Shown: positions 10,348 to 21,261 of the stretch, one piece after another
Position numbering within the stretch: position 1 is the first letter of the stretch
Layout: the number at the start of each line of letters is the position of its first letter
Assembly (NCBI GenBank): GCA_964291285.2
Contig: OZ219786.1
Span: 1,024,001-1,088,000, forward strand
Length of the DNA: 64,000 bases
Source: Alphaproteobacteria bacterium
GTDB lineage: Bacteria; Pseudomonadota; Alphaproteobacteria; Bin95
Direction of reading: 5' to 3'
Notes under the pieces: generated by a model
Seen by the model: only the letters and a program-made list of their open reading frames with translations
Database searches by the model: none
Told to the model about the DNA's origin: nothing
Position numbers and translations under genes: made by a program

Positions 10348-10430
10348 CGAGCGCGATACATACTGTCGCATATCCCGAATCGCGGCGAATTCGGGAACGG
10401 TATCAACAGCTTGTCCGGCCCTGCGGTCGC

Positions 10431-10460
10431 TTGACACCCGCGGCGGCGCGCCCCTAGTGT
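10431..10460 (+). promoter_or_regulatory. Probable sigma70 promoter of the atp F0 operon
   Basis: TTGACA (10431-10436)-N18-TAGTGT (10455-10460), 50 nt upstream of atpI. Confidence 0.5.
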
Positions 10461-10510
10461 CCGGGCGCTTCCGGGGCGGGCTTCGCGCCGGACCGCGTTT
10501 CGTGGCGAAA

Positions 10511-10849
10511 ATGGGCGAAGACGACAGGGACGGCCCCCTTCACGATTTCTCCGACAGGCTCGACGATGCACGGCGTCGCCGGGACGTTGCCGCGCCGAAG
10601 CCGGCCCCGAAGGAAGGGCTGGGCGCGGCGATGCGGATCGGGGTCGAACTGGTGGCGGCGCTGGGGGTCGGCGCGGCGATCGGCTGGGGGCTGGACCGCT
10701 GGCTCGACACGGCGCCTTGGCTGATGGTGGTCTTTTTCGTGCTCGGGGCGGCGGCCGGGGTGATGAACGTATACCGGTATATGAGCGGCATGGACGCTTC
10801 GCCCGGCTGGCGCCGGGGGCGGCCGCCGCAGGACGGGCAGGAAGGCTAG
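10511..10849 (+). CDS. atpI: ATP synthase protein I (AtpZ/AtpI family)
   Basis: ELVAALGVGAAIGWGLDRWLDTAPW..FFVLGAAAGVMNVYR; first gene of the F0 operon. Confidence 0.88.
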   Translation: MGEDDRDGPLHDFSDRLDDARRRRDVAAPKPAPKEGLGAAMRIGVELVAALGVGAAIGWGLDRWLDTAPWLMVVFFVLGAAAGVMNVYRYMSGMDASPGWRRGRPPQDGQEG

Positions 10850-10861
10850 AGGGGGAACCCG

Positions 10862-11596
10862 GTGGCGGGAGACGCGCACGGTCCGCTGGAGCAGTTCCGG
10901 ATCAAGGAGCTGGTCGATATCCCCGTGGCCGGAGTCCAGCTCGACATCACCAATTCCACCGTCTGGATGGTGGTTGCCGCTGCCGGCGTGATCGCCGTGA
11001 TGGTCGGCGGCACGCGCAAGCGCGCCCTGGTGCCGGGGCGGCTGCAGTCGATCGCCGAGCTCTCCTACGAGTTCATCGCCGGGATGGTGCGCGACACGGT
11101 GGGCGACGAGGGCCGGAGATATTTCCCGCTCATCTTCACCCTCTTCATGTTCATCCTGTTCGGCAACCTCGCCGGCATGATCCCCTACAGCTTCACCTTC
11201 ACCAGCCATATCGCGGTCACCTTCGCGATGGCGGCGGTGGTCTTCGTCGGCGTCACCGTGCTGGGTTTCGTCAAGCACGGCTTCCGCTTCTTCAGCTTCT
11301 TCGTGCCGCCGGGCGTCTCGGTGTTCATGTGGCCGCTGCTGATCCCGATCGAGATCATCTCCTACCTCTCGCGGCCGATCAGCCTCTCGGTGCGCCTGTT
11401 CGCCAACATGCTGGCCGGCCACACGCTGCTCAAGGTCTTCGCCGGCTTCGTGCCCGCGCTCGGGGTGGCGGGCATCCTGCCGCTCGCCTTCGTTTCGGCG
11501 CTGACCGGGCTCGAGATCGTGATCGCCTTCCTCCAGGCCTATGTGTTCGCGATCCTCACCTGCCTCTACATCAACGACGCGCTTCACCTCCACTAA
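10862..11596 (+). CDS. atpB: F0 ATP synthase subunit a
   Basis: VPGRLQSIAE, SRPISLSVRLFANMLAGH, LQAYVFAILTCLYINDA. Confidence 0.97.
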   Translation: MAGDAHGPLEQFRIKELVDIPVAGVQLDITNSTVWMVVAAAGVIAVMVGGTRKRALVPGRLQSIAELSYEFIAGMVRDTVGDEGRRYFPLIFTLFMFILFGNLAGMIPYSFTFTSHIAVTFAMAAVVFVGVTVLGFVKHGFRFFSFFVPPGVSVFMWPLLIPIEIISYLSRPISLSVRLFANMLAGHTLLKVFAGFVPALGVAGILPLAFVSALTGLEIVIAFLQAYVFAILTCLYINDALHLH

Positions 11597-11632
11597 CCGG
11601 CTATCCGCCCACGCGAAGAAGGAACCAACCCC

Positions 11633-11857
11633 ATGGAACTTGAGGCCGCCAAAGTCATCGGCGCGGGTCTTGCCGTCATCGGCGTCATCGGCGCCGGTAT
11701 CGGCATCGGCAACATTTTCGCTTCCTTCATCCAGGCGGTCGGGCGCAACCCGTCGGCGCGGGGCGAAGTGTTCCCGATGACGATGCTGGGCTTCGCCCTC
11801 GTCGAGGCGATTGCGCTCTTCGCCCTCGTCGTGGCGCTCGTCATCCTGTTCGGCTGA
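11633..11857 (+). CDS. atpE: F0 ATP synthase subunit c
   Basis: GAGIGIG...GRNPSA...GFALVEAIALFA; 74 aa. Confidence 0.97.
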   Translation: MELEAAKVIGAGLAVIGVIGAGIGIGNIFASFIQAVGRNPSARGEVFPMTMLGFALVEAIALFALVVALVILFG

Positions 11858-11877
11858 GGCCGGCCCCGCGCCCGCCC

Positions 11878-12372
11878 ATGCCGCAACTGGAGCAAATCTC
11901 CACCTATGCGAGCCAGATCTTCTGGCTGGTGGTGGTATTCGCCGTCCTGCTGGGCGTGATGCTCAAGGTCGCCCTGCCGCGCGTGCAGGGCATCCTGGAA
12001 GAGCGGCGGAAGCGGATCGACGACGACCTCGCCCGGGCCGCGGCGCTGCGCGACGAGGCCGGGGGCGTGCTGCGCGCCTATGAGCAGGCGCAGGCGGACG
12101 CGCGGGCCGGGGCGCGCCGCCTCATGCGCGGGCAGCAGGAAGCGGCCGCGGCAGAGGCGGCGGCCCGCCATGCCGCGCTCGGCGAACGCCTCGCCGGGGA
12201 CACGGCGGCGGCCGAAGCCCGGATCGCCGAGGCGCGCCGCGAGGCGCTCGCCGGCATCGAGGCGGCGGCCGGAGAGGTCGCGCAGGCCATGACCGCAAGG
12301 CTGATCGGCGTCGAGGTGGACGCGGCGGAGGCCGCCGCCGCGGCAGCCGGCACCGGCCGGGCAGGCGCGTGA
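11878..12372 (+). CDS. atpF2: F0 ATP synthase subunit b'
   Basis: MPQLEQISTYASQIFWL, one TM helix then an Ala-rich coiled coil. Confidence 0.9.
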   Translation: MPQLEQISTYASQIFWLVVVFAVLLGVMLKVALPRVQGILEERRKRIDDDLARAAALRDEAGGVLRAYEQAQADARAGARRLMRGQQEAAAAEAAARHAALGERLAGDTAAAEARIAEARREALAGIEAAAGEVAQAMTARLIGVEVDAAEAAAAAAGTGRAGA

Positions 12373-12854
12373 TGTTCTCCGACCCGACATTCTGGACCGC
12401 CGTCGGCTTCGTCATCTTCGTCGCCGCGGTCGCGCGCGCGGTCTGGCGCATGGCGACCAAGGCGCTCGACGACAGGGCGGCCGGAATCAAGGCGTCCATC
12501 GACGACGCCGCCGCGCTTCGCGAGGAGGCCCAGGCCATGCTTGCGGAGTACAAGCGCAAGCAGCAGGGCGCCGAAGAGGAAGCCGAGGCCGTGCTCGCCC
12601 ACGCGCGCGAGGAGGCGGCGCGCATCGCCGGCGAGGCGGAGCGCGCGCTCGAAGACGCGCTCAGGCGCCGCGAACAGCAGGCGCTCGCCAAGATCGCCCA
12701 GGCCGAGCAGGAAGCCCTTGCAGACGTGCGCGCCCACGCCGTCCGGCTGTCGGCCGCCGCCGCCCGGACCCTGATCGAACGCCACCTGGACAAGCCCCGC
12801 GCCGACGCCCTGGTCGCCGAATCCGTAGAGAGCTTGCCCCGGCACCTGAACTGA
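12369..12854 (+). CDS. atpF: F0 ATP synthase subunit b
   Basis: DPTFWTAVGFVIF...ALDDRAAGIKASIDDAAALREEAQ. Confidence 0.92.
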   Translation: MMFSDPTFWTAVGFVIFVAAVARAVWRMATKALDDRAAGIKASIDDAAALREEAQAMLAEYKRKQQGAEEEAEAVLAHAREEAARIAGEAERALEDALRRREQQALAKIAQAEQEALADVRAHAVRLSAAAARTLIERHLDKPRADALVAESVESLPRHLN

Positions 12855-12929
12855 GTCTCCGCCGGGGGCCGGGGCGACACCGGCCGCGCGATGCGCCAGG
12901 CTGCCGCGGACGGAACCGGAGCGCTTCGC

Positions 12930-13196
12930 ATGGAACCTCCCGGCTGGAACTGGCCCGCGGTCGCCGCGCTGGCGACGGTGGCGGTTACCGTCGTAACGGT
13001 AGCCTACGCTGTTGCGACCTGCTTCTTTATCCGCTCAGGCTTCCGGAAGATGGACCGGGCCTTCGACGAGCGCGCAGCGGACCGCCAGCGGGCTTGGGCG
13101 GCTCTGGAAGCGGAACAGCGCCGCCACGAGGAGGCGATGGAGGACAGCCGCCGCCGCGAGGAGGCGATGCCGGTGCGCGCCGCGCCGGCGGAGTAG
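12930..13196 (+). CDS. Small hypothetical protein, one TM helix plus charged helical tail
   Basis: GGAG upstream of ATG 12930; hydrophobic stretch then EQRRHEEAM/RRREEAM. Confidence 0.5.
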   Translation: MEPPGWNWPAVAALATVAVTVVTVAYAVATCFFIRSGFRKMDRAFDERAADRQRAWAALEAEQRRHEEAMEDSRRREEAMPVRAAPAE

Positions 13197-13338
13197 CGGC
13201 GGGGCGGGTCCGGGAGTTCTTTGCCAAGCAGGCGGGAGTGAGGGCAAGGAAGGTCAAGTAATCCTCTAAGGGACCGTCGCCGGTATGGCCAACAGGTTCG
13301 ACGACTTTCTCCTTTGGACCTTTATACCCGCACTAAAT

Positions 13339-14646
13339 TTAGAACTTGGATGCCTCGCTCGCGCTGCTTACCACGGAATTGAGATTTCCAGCGTCACTCG
13401 GTGATGCGCTAGATTGTTTGGATCGGGGTTTCGGGCCACGTCCTGCACCCGGATGAGGATCATAATGGCCCACGAGTGCCATGTACTCAGCTGCTATAGG
13501 CTGAGGGGGCGTGGGCGCAGGCACGAACTCCGAACGAGCAATCGCAAGCGCGGGATTACCACGAATTTTCGTCCCGGAGAGTTGTGCCTTAATTGACCGG
13601 CCGAGAATCTCCGCGAGAAGAGGAGGAGTAGCATTACCGGCTTGCCGCACTTGTTCTCGGTAAGTTCCGTCAAGTTTCCAGAAACTCGGAAAAGTTTGTA
13701 GCCGAAGAATCTCTTCAGGTGCTAGAGGTCGATTGTTCCAATGAAAAGGACCTGTCGCCGGGCCGGGGTTCGCCGGCACCGTCCAAGCGGGCTCAGCCTT
13801 TGCAAGCTTGAGAAGGAATGACCAGAATCGACGTCGATACCCGAAAAGCGGCGGTCCTTTCCCTCGTTCAGTGAAAAACTGATAATTCTGACCTTCGGGT
13901 ATCGACGGAAGCAAACCTGCAAATCGTCCGCTCGAAGCTGGCGGCGTCGCCGGGCACATGTCGTGAAGCGCATCCCAAGCCCGTACTGGATAATCACGAT
14001 GTGTCGTGGCAGGCCATACGGGAATTGCCCCGTTGCGAAACGCAATAATTATTGCGCGCCTGCGTCGCTGTGGAACTCCGAACTCTGCAGCGTTGAGTAT
14101 CCTACAAACTAGCTTATAACGTGTACCGCTTTGACAATTAATGTCGGCAAGGCGCTCTTCTAGAATCGGCAGCGCTGAACGACTGCCCTTCACGAACCCT
14201 GGCACATTCTCGATCAAGATCGCATGGGGGAGCAGCCGCTCTACCAGTGTCAGCAAGCTGTGGAGGGTCCCTGCCCGATGATCGTTGAGCCCGAGAGCAC
14301 CGGTCTGGGACCACTGAGCCGCGTTCGAGAAGGGTTGACAGGGCGGTCCAGCAGCGAGCAACGCAAGTTCCCCCTCGGCGATTCCAAGGTCTCTTGGGAG
14401 CAGATTACTTGCAACTTCGTTGATATCGTGAGGTTTCAGATACTTTCGCCTAGGGCGATTGAGCGCTAGGGACTGCCGCGCTGCTGTATCGTTTTCGATT
14501 CCTCCAATGATACTGAACCCCGCGTGTTCCAAGCCAAGGTCCAGCCCACCGATTCCAGAGAATGCTGACAGGCAGAGAAGCTGCCCGTTGGCAATGCCCT
14601 GTTGCCTGTGGCCCCTCACCATCCACCCCTGCCGAGACTCGCGCAT
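13339..14646 (-). CDS. DNA (cytosine-5)-methyltransferase
   Basis: Motif I FSGIGG, motif IV GPPCQPFS, motif VI ENVPG, motif VIII PQRRRR, motifs IX/X RLQTFP...QAGNATPP. Confidence 0.95.
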   Translation of the reverse strand: MRESRQGWMVRGHRQQGIANGQLLCLSAFSGIGGLDLGLEHAGFSIIGGIENDTAARQSLALNRPRRKYLKPHDINEVASNLLPRDLGIAEGELALLAAGPPCQPFSNAAQWSQTGALGLNDHRAGTLHSLLTLVERLLPHAILIENVPGFVKGSRSALPILEERLADINCQSGTRYKLVCRILNAAEFGVPQRRRRAIIIAFRNGAIPVWPATTHRDYPVRAWDALHDMCPATPPASSGRFAGLLPSIPEGQNYQFFTERGKGPPLFGYRRRFWSFLLKLAKAEPAWTVPANPGPATGPFHWNNRPLAPEEILRLQTFPSFWKLDGTYREQVRQAGNATPPLLAEILGRSIKAQLSGTKIRGNPALAIARSEFVPAPTPPQPIAAEYMALVGHYDPHPGAGRGPKPRSKQSSASPSDAGNLNSVVSSASEASKF

Positions 14647-14881
14647 GATTCGACCATTCTACTGATACCAAGAGGCACGACCAGCATAAGCTAGCAGCTT
14701 GAGACTCGCTCTTGGGGCATATCGGATACAAGTCAAGGTTACGCCTCGAAGGTCATGGTTCTGAGAAGGCTTGGGGGTCGCTTCACACTACCATAGTTGC
14801 TGATGGCCGGGGACGATGTCCTAGCAGGGATACCAAACTCGGAACACGACATAATTGTTGCCCCCTGTTCGACGGCTGGTG

Positions 14882-15832
14882 CTAGCCCGCGAGCGGCTCC
14901 ACATCCGCCCCAATCATGGCTTGGATTAGATCCCGCTCGTTAGCGCCAATTTCGTATTTGAACCCCACAAGGCGAAGTCTATCCAAAACGATAGCACCAC
15001 TCTTGGTTGTCAAGAATTCCGTCGTCGGACGCTCGACATGATGGGGTACGGCGAGAAATGGCGACGGTGGAACCCTGGTACCCGTGAAAAGCCTCCATTG
15101 ATCTTGGCTAGGTTCGTTGATTTTGTCCATCCAACTGTCGCTACGACCCACCGTGACTTGGCCGATGAATCCCCAAGTGCCGGGACGCAGTTCCTCTTCC
15201 CAACCGATGTGGCAAAGAATGTCAACTCCTTCGTCATGGGCATTTACACGTCGTGCCGCTGCATTCGGGGCTGCCTTGAGACCAACTTTTTCGCAGGCGA
15301 TTCGCAAGGCGTCTTCAAAAGAACTACCTTTGCGGCGGTGCATAGCTATCCCAGCAGACAGCAAGCCACGACCTTGTAGTACCTTTAATACGATTTGCTC
15401 GAACATCTCGACCGGCCGATGTATCGAATTCAGGCCAAATGCGTGTGTGATGGTCAGGGCGAGAACCGCCGCGTATGCGCTCGCTTCAAGGTCAACGCCG
15501 CACTCAAGTGTGATTGCGTCATTCGTGATCTCGAAAGGATAGCGTTCCGCAAGTACCGCACGACGCTCACCAATCTGCCGAAACACAACTGAGGCCGCTT
15601 CGTGGGCCTTATCCTGATGCTCAGACAAATGTCTCGAATCACCATCAAGGTAATCACCTTCTGGCAATTGAATTAGCTCAAGATCCCAGTCAGCATCAGC
15701 CAAAAAATCGGCGAGAGTTGCCCGCTTCACCGGCTTTCCCTTCAGCGCTAGAAGCTCGACATAGTCCGCCAGTAGCGAAGCTCGCGCATATGGACCATAG
15801 GCGTTAGGTTCAGGCGTCCCGATCACGCTCAT
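14882..15832 (-). CDS. Hypothetical protein, putative PD-(D/E)XK-type restriction-endonuclease-like
   Basis: 316-aa ORF in lower-GC DNA; EMFE...DEGVDIL...GQVTVG..W..K resembles an Mrr-like/PD-(D/E)XK core; overlaps the upstream ParB-like gene by 23 nt. Confidence 0.6.
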   Translation of the reverse strand: MSVIGTPEPNAYGPYARASLLADYVELLALKGKPVKRATLADFLADADWDLELIQLPEGDYLDGDSRHLSEHQDKAHEAASVVFRQIGERRAVLAERYPFEITNDAITLECGVDLEASAYAAVLALTITHAFGLNSIHRPVEMFEQIVLKVLQGRGLLSAGIAMHRRKGSSFEDALRIACEKVGLKAAPNAAARRVNAHDEGVDILCHIGWEEELRPGTWGFIGQVTVGRSDSWMDKINEPSQDQWRLFTGTRVPPSPFLAVPHHVERPTTEFLTTKSGAIVLDRLRLVGFKYEIGANERDLIQAMIGADVEPLAG

Positions 15833-16925
15833 CTATCCCGTCTTTAACGATAGCTCGCGCAGAGCGGACCATACGTGACAACTCTTCCATAGCCTGAAAT
15901 AGACTGCTCGACATATCGACGGCTTCTGCTCGCTGAAGGGTCTCCAAGAACAATGCCAAGCTCTTGACAAGCCGCTGAGCGCGCGACTCCAGATCTAGCT
16001 CTTCGACAACCTGTCTTGCTAGACTAAGGTCAGCTGTCCCACGCAGTGTTGTGCGCGCTCGTTCGTTTGCAAGGACTCGTCCGTAGATTGTGACGTCTCG
16101 TGAATCGCCCAACACAGCTCGGCTTCGCTCTGCGGTGCCCCCCAAATCTCCAAGCACTTCTGCCAACTTTTCTCGGTTGATCCCTTCTAATGCTTGTTCG
16201 ATTTCCTGATATGTTCTTGCTCGGCTGAGCTCGACATAATTCCTAATGTCAGCGGAGTTCATGCAACGCAACCAGACTCCGAACCGTTGATCTTGAACAT
16301 AAGTGACGCTTATGCCAAACTCCTCCCGAGCGTAGAGGAGGATACGGATCGCAAGATAAGGATTCCTGACCCCTTGGGCATTACTGCCAACCCGCCGGCC
16401 GAGCTCTCGAAAGGGATCAGTAAATCCCTCGCTTACGAGACGATGGACCCCGGCAAGGATGTAGCGGGCCTTTGCCTCCGGCGGCCATGTTTTCAGTCCG
16501 CCGATATGCCTGAATCCGATATATGCACTTATCTGGTTACGGTTCGCTACAACGATGCAAGGGATCTCTCGGAGCTGTTCTAGGCGTTCCGGCGACAGCT
16601 CAAGGCCGACAAAATCAATGTCGTCAGCTTCCGGAGTTCCATGTAGTATCATGAGCGCCGCCAGTCGTCGATTTCCCTCGACGACTGTATATGTGTCCTC
16701 TTCGCCTTCCCGGACCACCAAAAGCGGCTCTTGCGGAAAGAAGCCGTTGTCTTGGTATGAGTACGCAAGCTCCTCAAGGGCCCCCTGATTATAGAGATAC
16801 CTTAGAATTTCGGACTGTGGCTGTCCGTGAAGCTGTTCTGGAAGCCGCGGATTCTCTTTATCGAGAATTAGGCTGTTTATGGGGAACCACTCAGTAGTTC
16901 GTTCTCTCGGGTCCGTGGCACTCAT
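15810..16925 (-). CDS. ParB/Srx-like N-terminal domain protein
   Basis: LILDKENPRL...NGFFPQEPLLV...YTVVEGNRRLAAL is a ParB/Srx-type GxxR motif; uncharacterised helical C-terminus. Confidence 0.8.
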   Translation of the reverse strand: MSATDPRERTTEWFPINSLILDKENPRLPEQLHGQPQSEILRYLYNQGALEELAYSYQDNGFFPQEPLLVVREGEEDTYTVVEGNRRLAALMILHGTPEADDIDFVGLELSPERLEQLREIPCIVVANRNQISAYIGFRHIGGLKTWPPEAKARYILAGVHRLVSEGFTDPFRELGRRVGSNAQGVRNPYLAIRILLYAREEFGISVTYVQDQRFGVWLRCMNSADIRNYVELSRARTYQEIEQALEGINREKLAEVLGDLGGTAERSRAVLGDSRDVTIYGRVLANERARTTLRGTADLSLARQVVEELDLESRAQRLVKSLALFLETLQRAEAVDMSSSLFQAMEELSRMVRSARAIVKDGIDERDRDA

Positions 16926-17110
16926 TGAAAATGTTCCCTTACGAGGCGAGTAGAAACGATGATCCAAGCCAAAAGGCTTAGCCTGAAAAAGCCCAGACCC
17001 AGTAGCGGATCACGTAGCCTCCTATGCACGGCTGGTTGGGCCCAACTTCCAGAAGATTGACCCGCCTGACCTGAACGTCAATGCAGTGAGTGTCTGCAGG
17101 AGCCTTTCCT

Positions 17111-18562
17111 GGTCGTGTCCCCAGGGGTGGTGTAGGAGCTGAAGCTTCCGGTGGTAGCTGTGGGTAAGTGGGCCGCCGCCGCGACCGTCTGGAGTCAGGC
17201 GGCGGCGGGCCACTTACCCACAGCGGAGGCCATCGCGGTGCCGGTTAGGGTTGGGCTGTCACAGTCCACCTGACCGGAGGAGTACCACGATGACCACCAC
17301 CGACATGATGACCCTGCGGGCGCTGTTGGAGAAGAGTTCCGACGCCGACCTGCTTCGCGAGATGATCGGGTTCACGGCCGCGCGTCTGATGGCGCTTGAG
17401 GTTGAGGGCCTTGCGGGCGCCGCGCACGGCGAGCGCTCGCCGGACCGGATCACGCAGCGCAACGGCTACCGGGACCGGGTCTGGGAGACGCGGGCCGGCA
17501 CGGTCGAACTGAAGATCCCGAAGCTGCGCAAGGGGAGCTACTTCCCGGGCTTCCTTGAACCGCGGCGGATGGCGGAGAAGGCGCTGACGGCGGTGATCCA
17601 GGAGGCCTACATCAAGGGCGTATCGACCCGCTCGGTGGACGACCTGGTGCAGGCGATGGGCATGTCGGGCATCTCCAAGAGCCAGGTGTCGCGGCTGTGC
17701 GGCGAGATCGACGACAAGATCCGCGACTTCCTCGACCGGCCGCTGGAGGGCGACTGGCCGTATCTCTGGCTTGACGCGACCTATGTGAAGATGCGCGAGG
17801 CCGGGCGCGTCGTCTCGGTCGCGGTCACCATCGCGGTGGCGGTCAACGATCAGGGCCGGCGCGAGGTGCTCGGCATGGCGATCGGCGCGTCCGAGGCCGA
17901 GACCTTCTGGACCGACTTCCTGCGCTCGCTCGCCCGCCGCGGCCTGCGCGGCGTCAAGCTGGTGATCTCCGACGACCACAAGGGCCTGAAGGCCGCCGCC
18001 ACCCGCATCTTCGGCGCCACCTGGCAGAGATGCCGCGTCCACTTCATGCGCAACCTGCTCGCCCATGCCGGCAAGCAGGGCCGGCGCGTCGTCTCCGCCT
18101 TCGTCACTACCGCCTTCGCCCAGGAGGATGCAGACAGCGCCTCCGCCCAGTGGCGCCAGGTCGCCGACCAGCTCAGGCCCAAGGCGCCAAAGCTCGCCGC
18201 CATCATGGACGAGGCCGAGCACGATGTTCTCGCCTACATGACCTTCCCGGCCGCGCACCGCGCCAAGCTGCACTCGACAAACCCGCTCGAACGCCTCCAC
18301 GGCGAGATCAAGCGGCGCACAAACACCGTCGGCATCTTCCCCAACGAGGACGCCATCACCCGGCTGATCGGCGCAATCCTGCTCGAGCAGAACGATGAAT
18401 GGGCAGTCCAGAGAGCCAGATACATGACGCTGGAATCCATCGCTCCCGTGAGCGACAATACAACCGTCAAGTTGCCCGCCGTGGCAGCCTGAGCGTTCCG
18501 GCCCTACCCGCCGGACACCGCTACGGACGCCAGGCTCTTACACCACCCGCGGGGGCACGATC
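17111..18562 (+). mobile_element. IS256-family insertion sequence, copy 2 (1452 bp, inverted relative to copy 1)
   Basis: Same IRs and identical transposase; 8-bp TSD CCTTTCCT at 17103-17110 and 18563-18570. Confidence 0.95.
17251..18492 (+). CDS. IS256-family transposase (identical protein to copy 1)
   Basis: Identical 413-aa translation in the ORF track. Confidence 0.95.
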   Translation: MGCHSPPDRRSTTMTTTDMMTLRALLEKSSDADLLREMIGFTAARLMALEVEGLAGAAHGERSPDRITQRNGYRDRVWETRAGTVELKIPKLRKGSYFPGFLEPRRMAEKALTAVIQEAYIKGVSTRSVDDLVQAMGMSGISKSQVSRLCGEIDDKIRDFLDRPLEGDWPYLWLDATYVKMREAGRVVSVAVTIAVAVNDQGRREVLGMAIGASEAETFWTDFLRSLARRGLRGVKLVISDDHKGLKAAATRIFGATWQRCRVHFMRNLLAHAGKQGRRVVSAFVTTAFAQEDADSASAQWRQVADQLRPKAPKLAAIMDEAEHDVLAYMTFPAAHRAKLHSTNPLERLHGEIKRRTNTVGIFPNEDAITRLIGAILLEQNDEWAVQRARYMTLESIAPVSDNTTVKLPAVAA

Positions 18563-18875
18563 CCTTTCCTTAGCCCTAGAAACTCCAAACAGGTCAACGC
18601 GTTGCCGCACTACGCAGCGTCGAATCTGCCTACTCAACGACACTTCCGCCCCCCTGCTTTCCCGATGCCAGACAATAATGCCGCTCATCGTGCTTTTTCG
18701 TCAACGCCCGACGCCACAGGATGGCCGCGTGCCAGCATCAGGAAACAAGTCTCGATATCTCTCTTAGTGCTTTGTCAGGTGCAGAGCCACGCGAGGACGG
18801 GGCGGCTGGACGAGGCAGGACAGGCTCCCTACTTTCGATAGCTTCGGGACGACAGCCGTCGAAGGAGGGAGCGCC

Positions 18876-19142
18876 ATGGAAGCCGAGCCCAGGGAGCGAC
18901 TGCATCAGCTGGTGGACGCGCTTCCCACCGGCGAACTCCCGGTCGCCGAGCGCTATCTCGAATTCCTGTCCGGGGTCGGGCATCCGTTCGTTCGCGCGCT
19001 CTTTACCGCCCCCGAGGCTGACGAGCCGCTGAGCCACGGGGACCGCGACGCCCTTGAGGAGGGACGCCGCGCCCTTGACGCCGGCGATACCGTCTCCGAT
19101 CGCGAGTTGCGCAGCCGGGCCTGCCAAGCCGCCCGCCCGTAA
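18876..19142 (+). CDS. Small antitoxin-like protein with no adjacent toxin
   Basis: RERLHQLVDALP...APEADEPLS...EEGRRALDAGDTVS resembles helical antitoxins found before RelE/ParE toxins; strong RBS GGAGGGAG. Confidence 0.55.
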   Translation: MEAEPRERLHQLVDALPTGELPVAERYLEFLSGVGHPFVRALFTAPEADEPLSHGDRDALEEGRRALDAGDTVSDRELRSRACQAARP

Positions 19143-19151
19143 GGCGCGCCG

Positions 19152-19418
19152 CTATTCGCCCGCTTCGGGCGCCGGCTCCCTGCGGCGTATCGAGCCTTCA
19201 AGCAGCCCCTCCACCCGCGCCACACGGTCGGAAAGGCCGCGCAGGTCCGTCGAAACGCGCGCCGAAAGCTCGCTCATATCCTTTGCCAGGCGCTCGGAAA
19301 GGTCCCTGTTGTCCTTCGCCGCGCGCTCGGAGAGGCTGCGCATGTCCCGGTGGATGGTCCACAGGAAACCGATCACGCCGAGCATGAGCCCCGCCAGGAT
19401 GTAAACGCCTTCGTCCAT
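19152..19418 (-). CDS. Small TM plus coiled-coil hypothetical protein
   Basis: MDEGVYILAGLMLGVIGFLW then internally repeated LSER..KD..DLSERLAKD, ending RVARVEGLLEG. Confidence 0.6.
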   Translation of the reverse strand: MDEGVYILAGLMLGVIGFLWTIHRDMRSLSERAAKDNRDLSERLAKDMSELSARVSTDLRGLSDRVARVEGLLEGSIRRREPAPEAGE

Positions 19419-19469
19419 GGTCCCACCGTACCCGCCCTGCGGCTCCCCACGCAAGCTCCGGCCCCCCGG

Positions 19470-21124
<1,655 letters not shown>

Positions 21125-21261
21125 CCGACAACACAGTCGCTCTCCCGTGCATCGGCGGGGGCTCCGGTCGCCGGCCCTCACGCCTTCGGATTGGGGATTA
21201 TCCGTTTGACTAAATATCAGCCCGTCTCCTAGCCTGTGCTCTTCACAGCGGGAGATCAAGC

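Noticed and set aside
15810-16925. Chromosome or plasmid partitioning ParB
   Set aside because: No parA or evident parS and no typical HTH region; the context is a nuclease-like gene and an MTase.
6943-18562. Composite transposon that delivered the ATP synthase F0 operon
   Set aside because: Each IS256 copy has its own distinct TSD (AAACCGGC vs CCTTTCCT) and the outer flanks do not match, so these are independent insertions.
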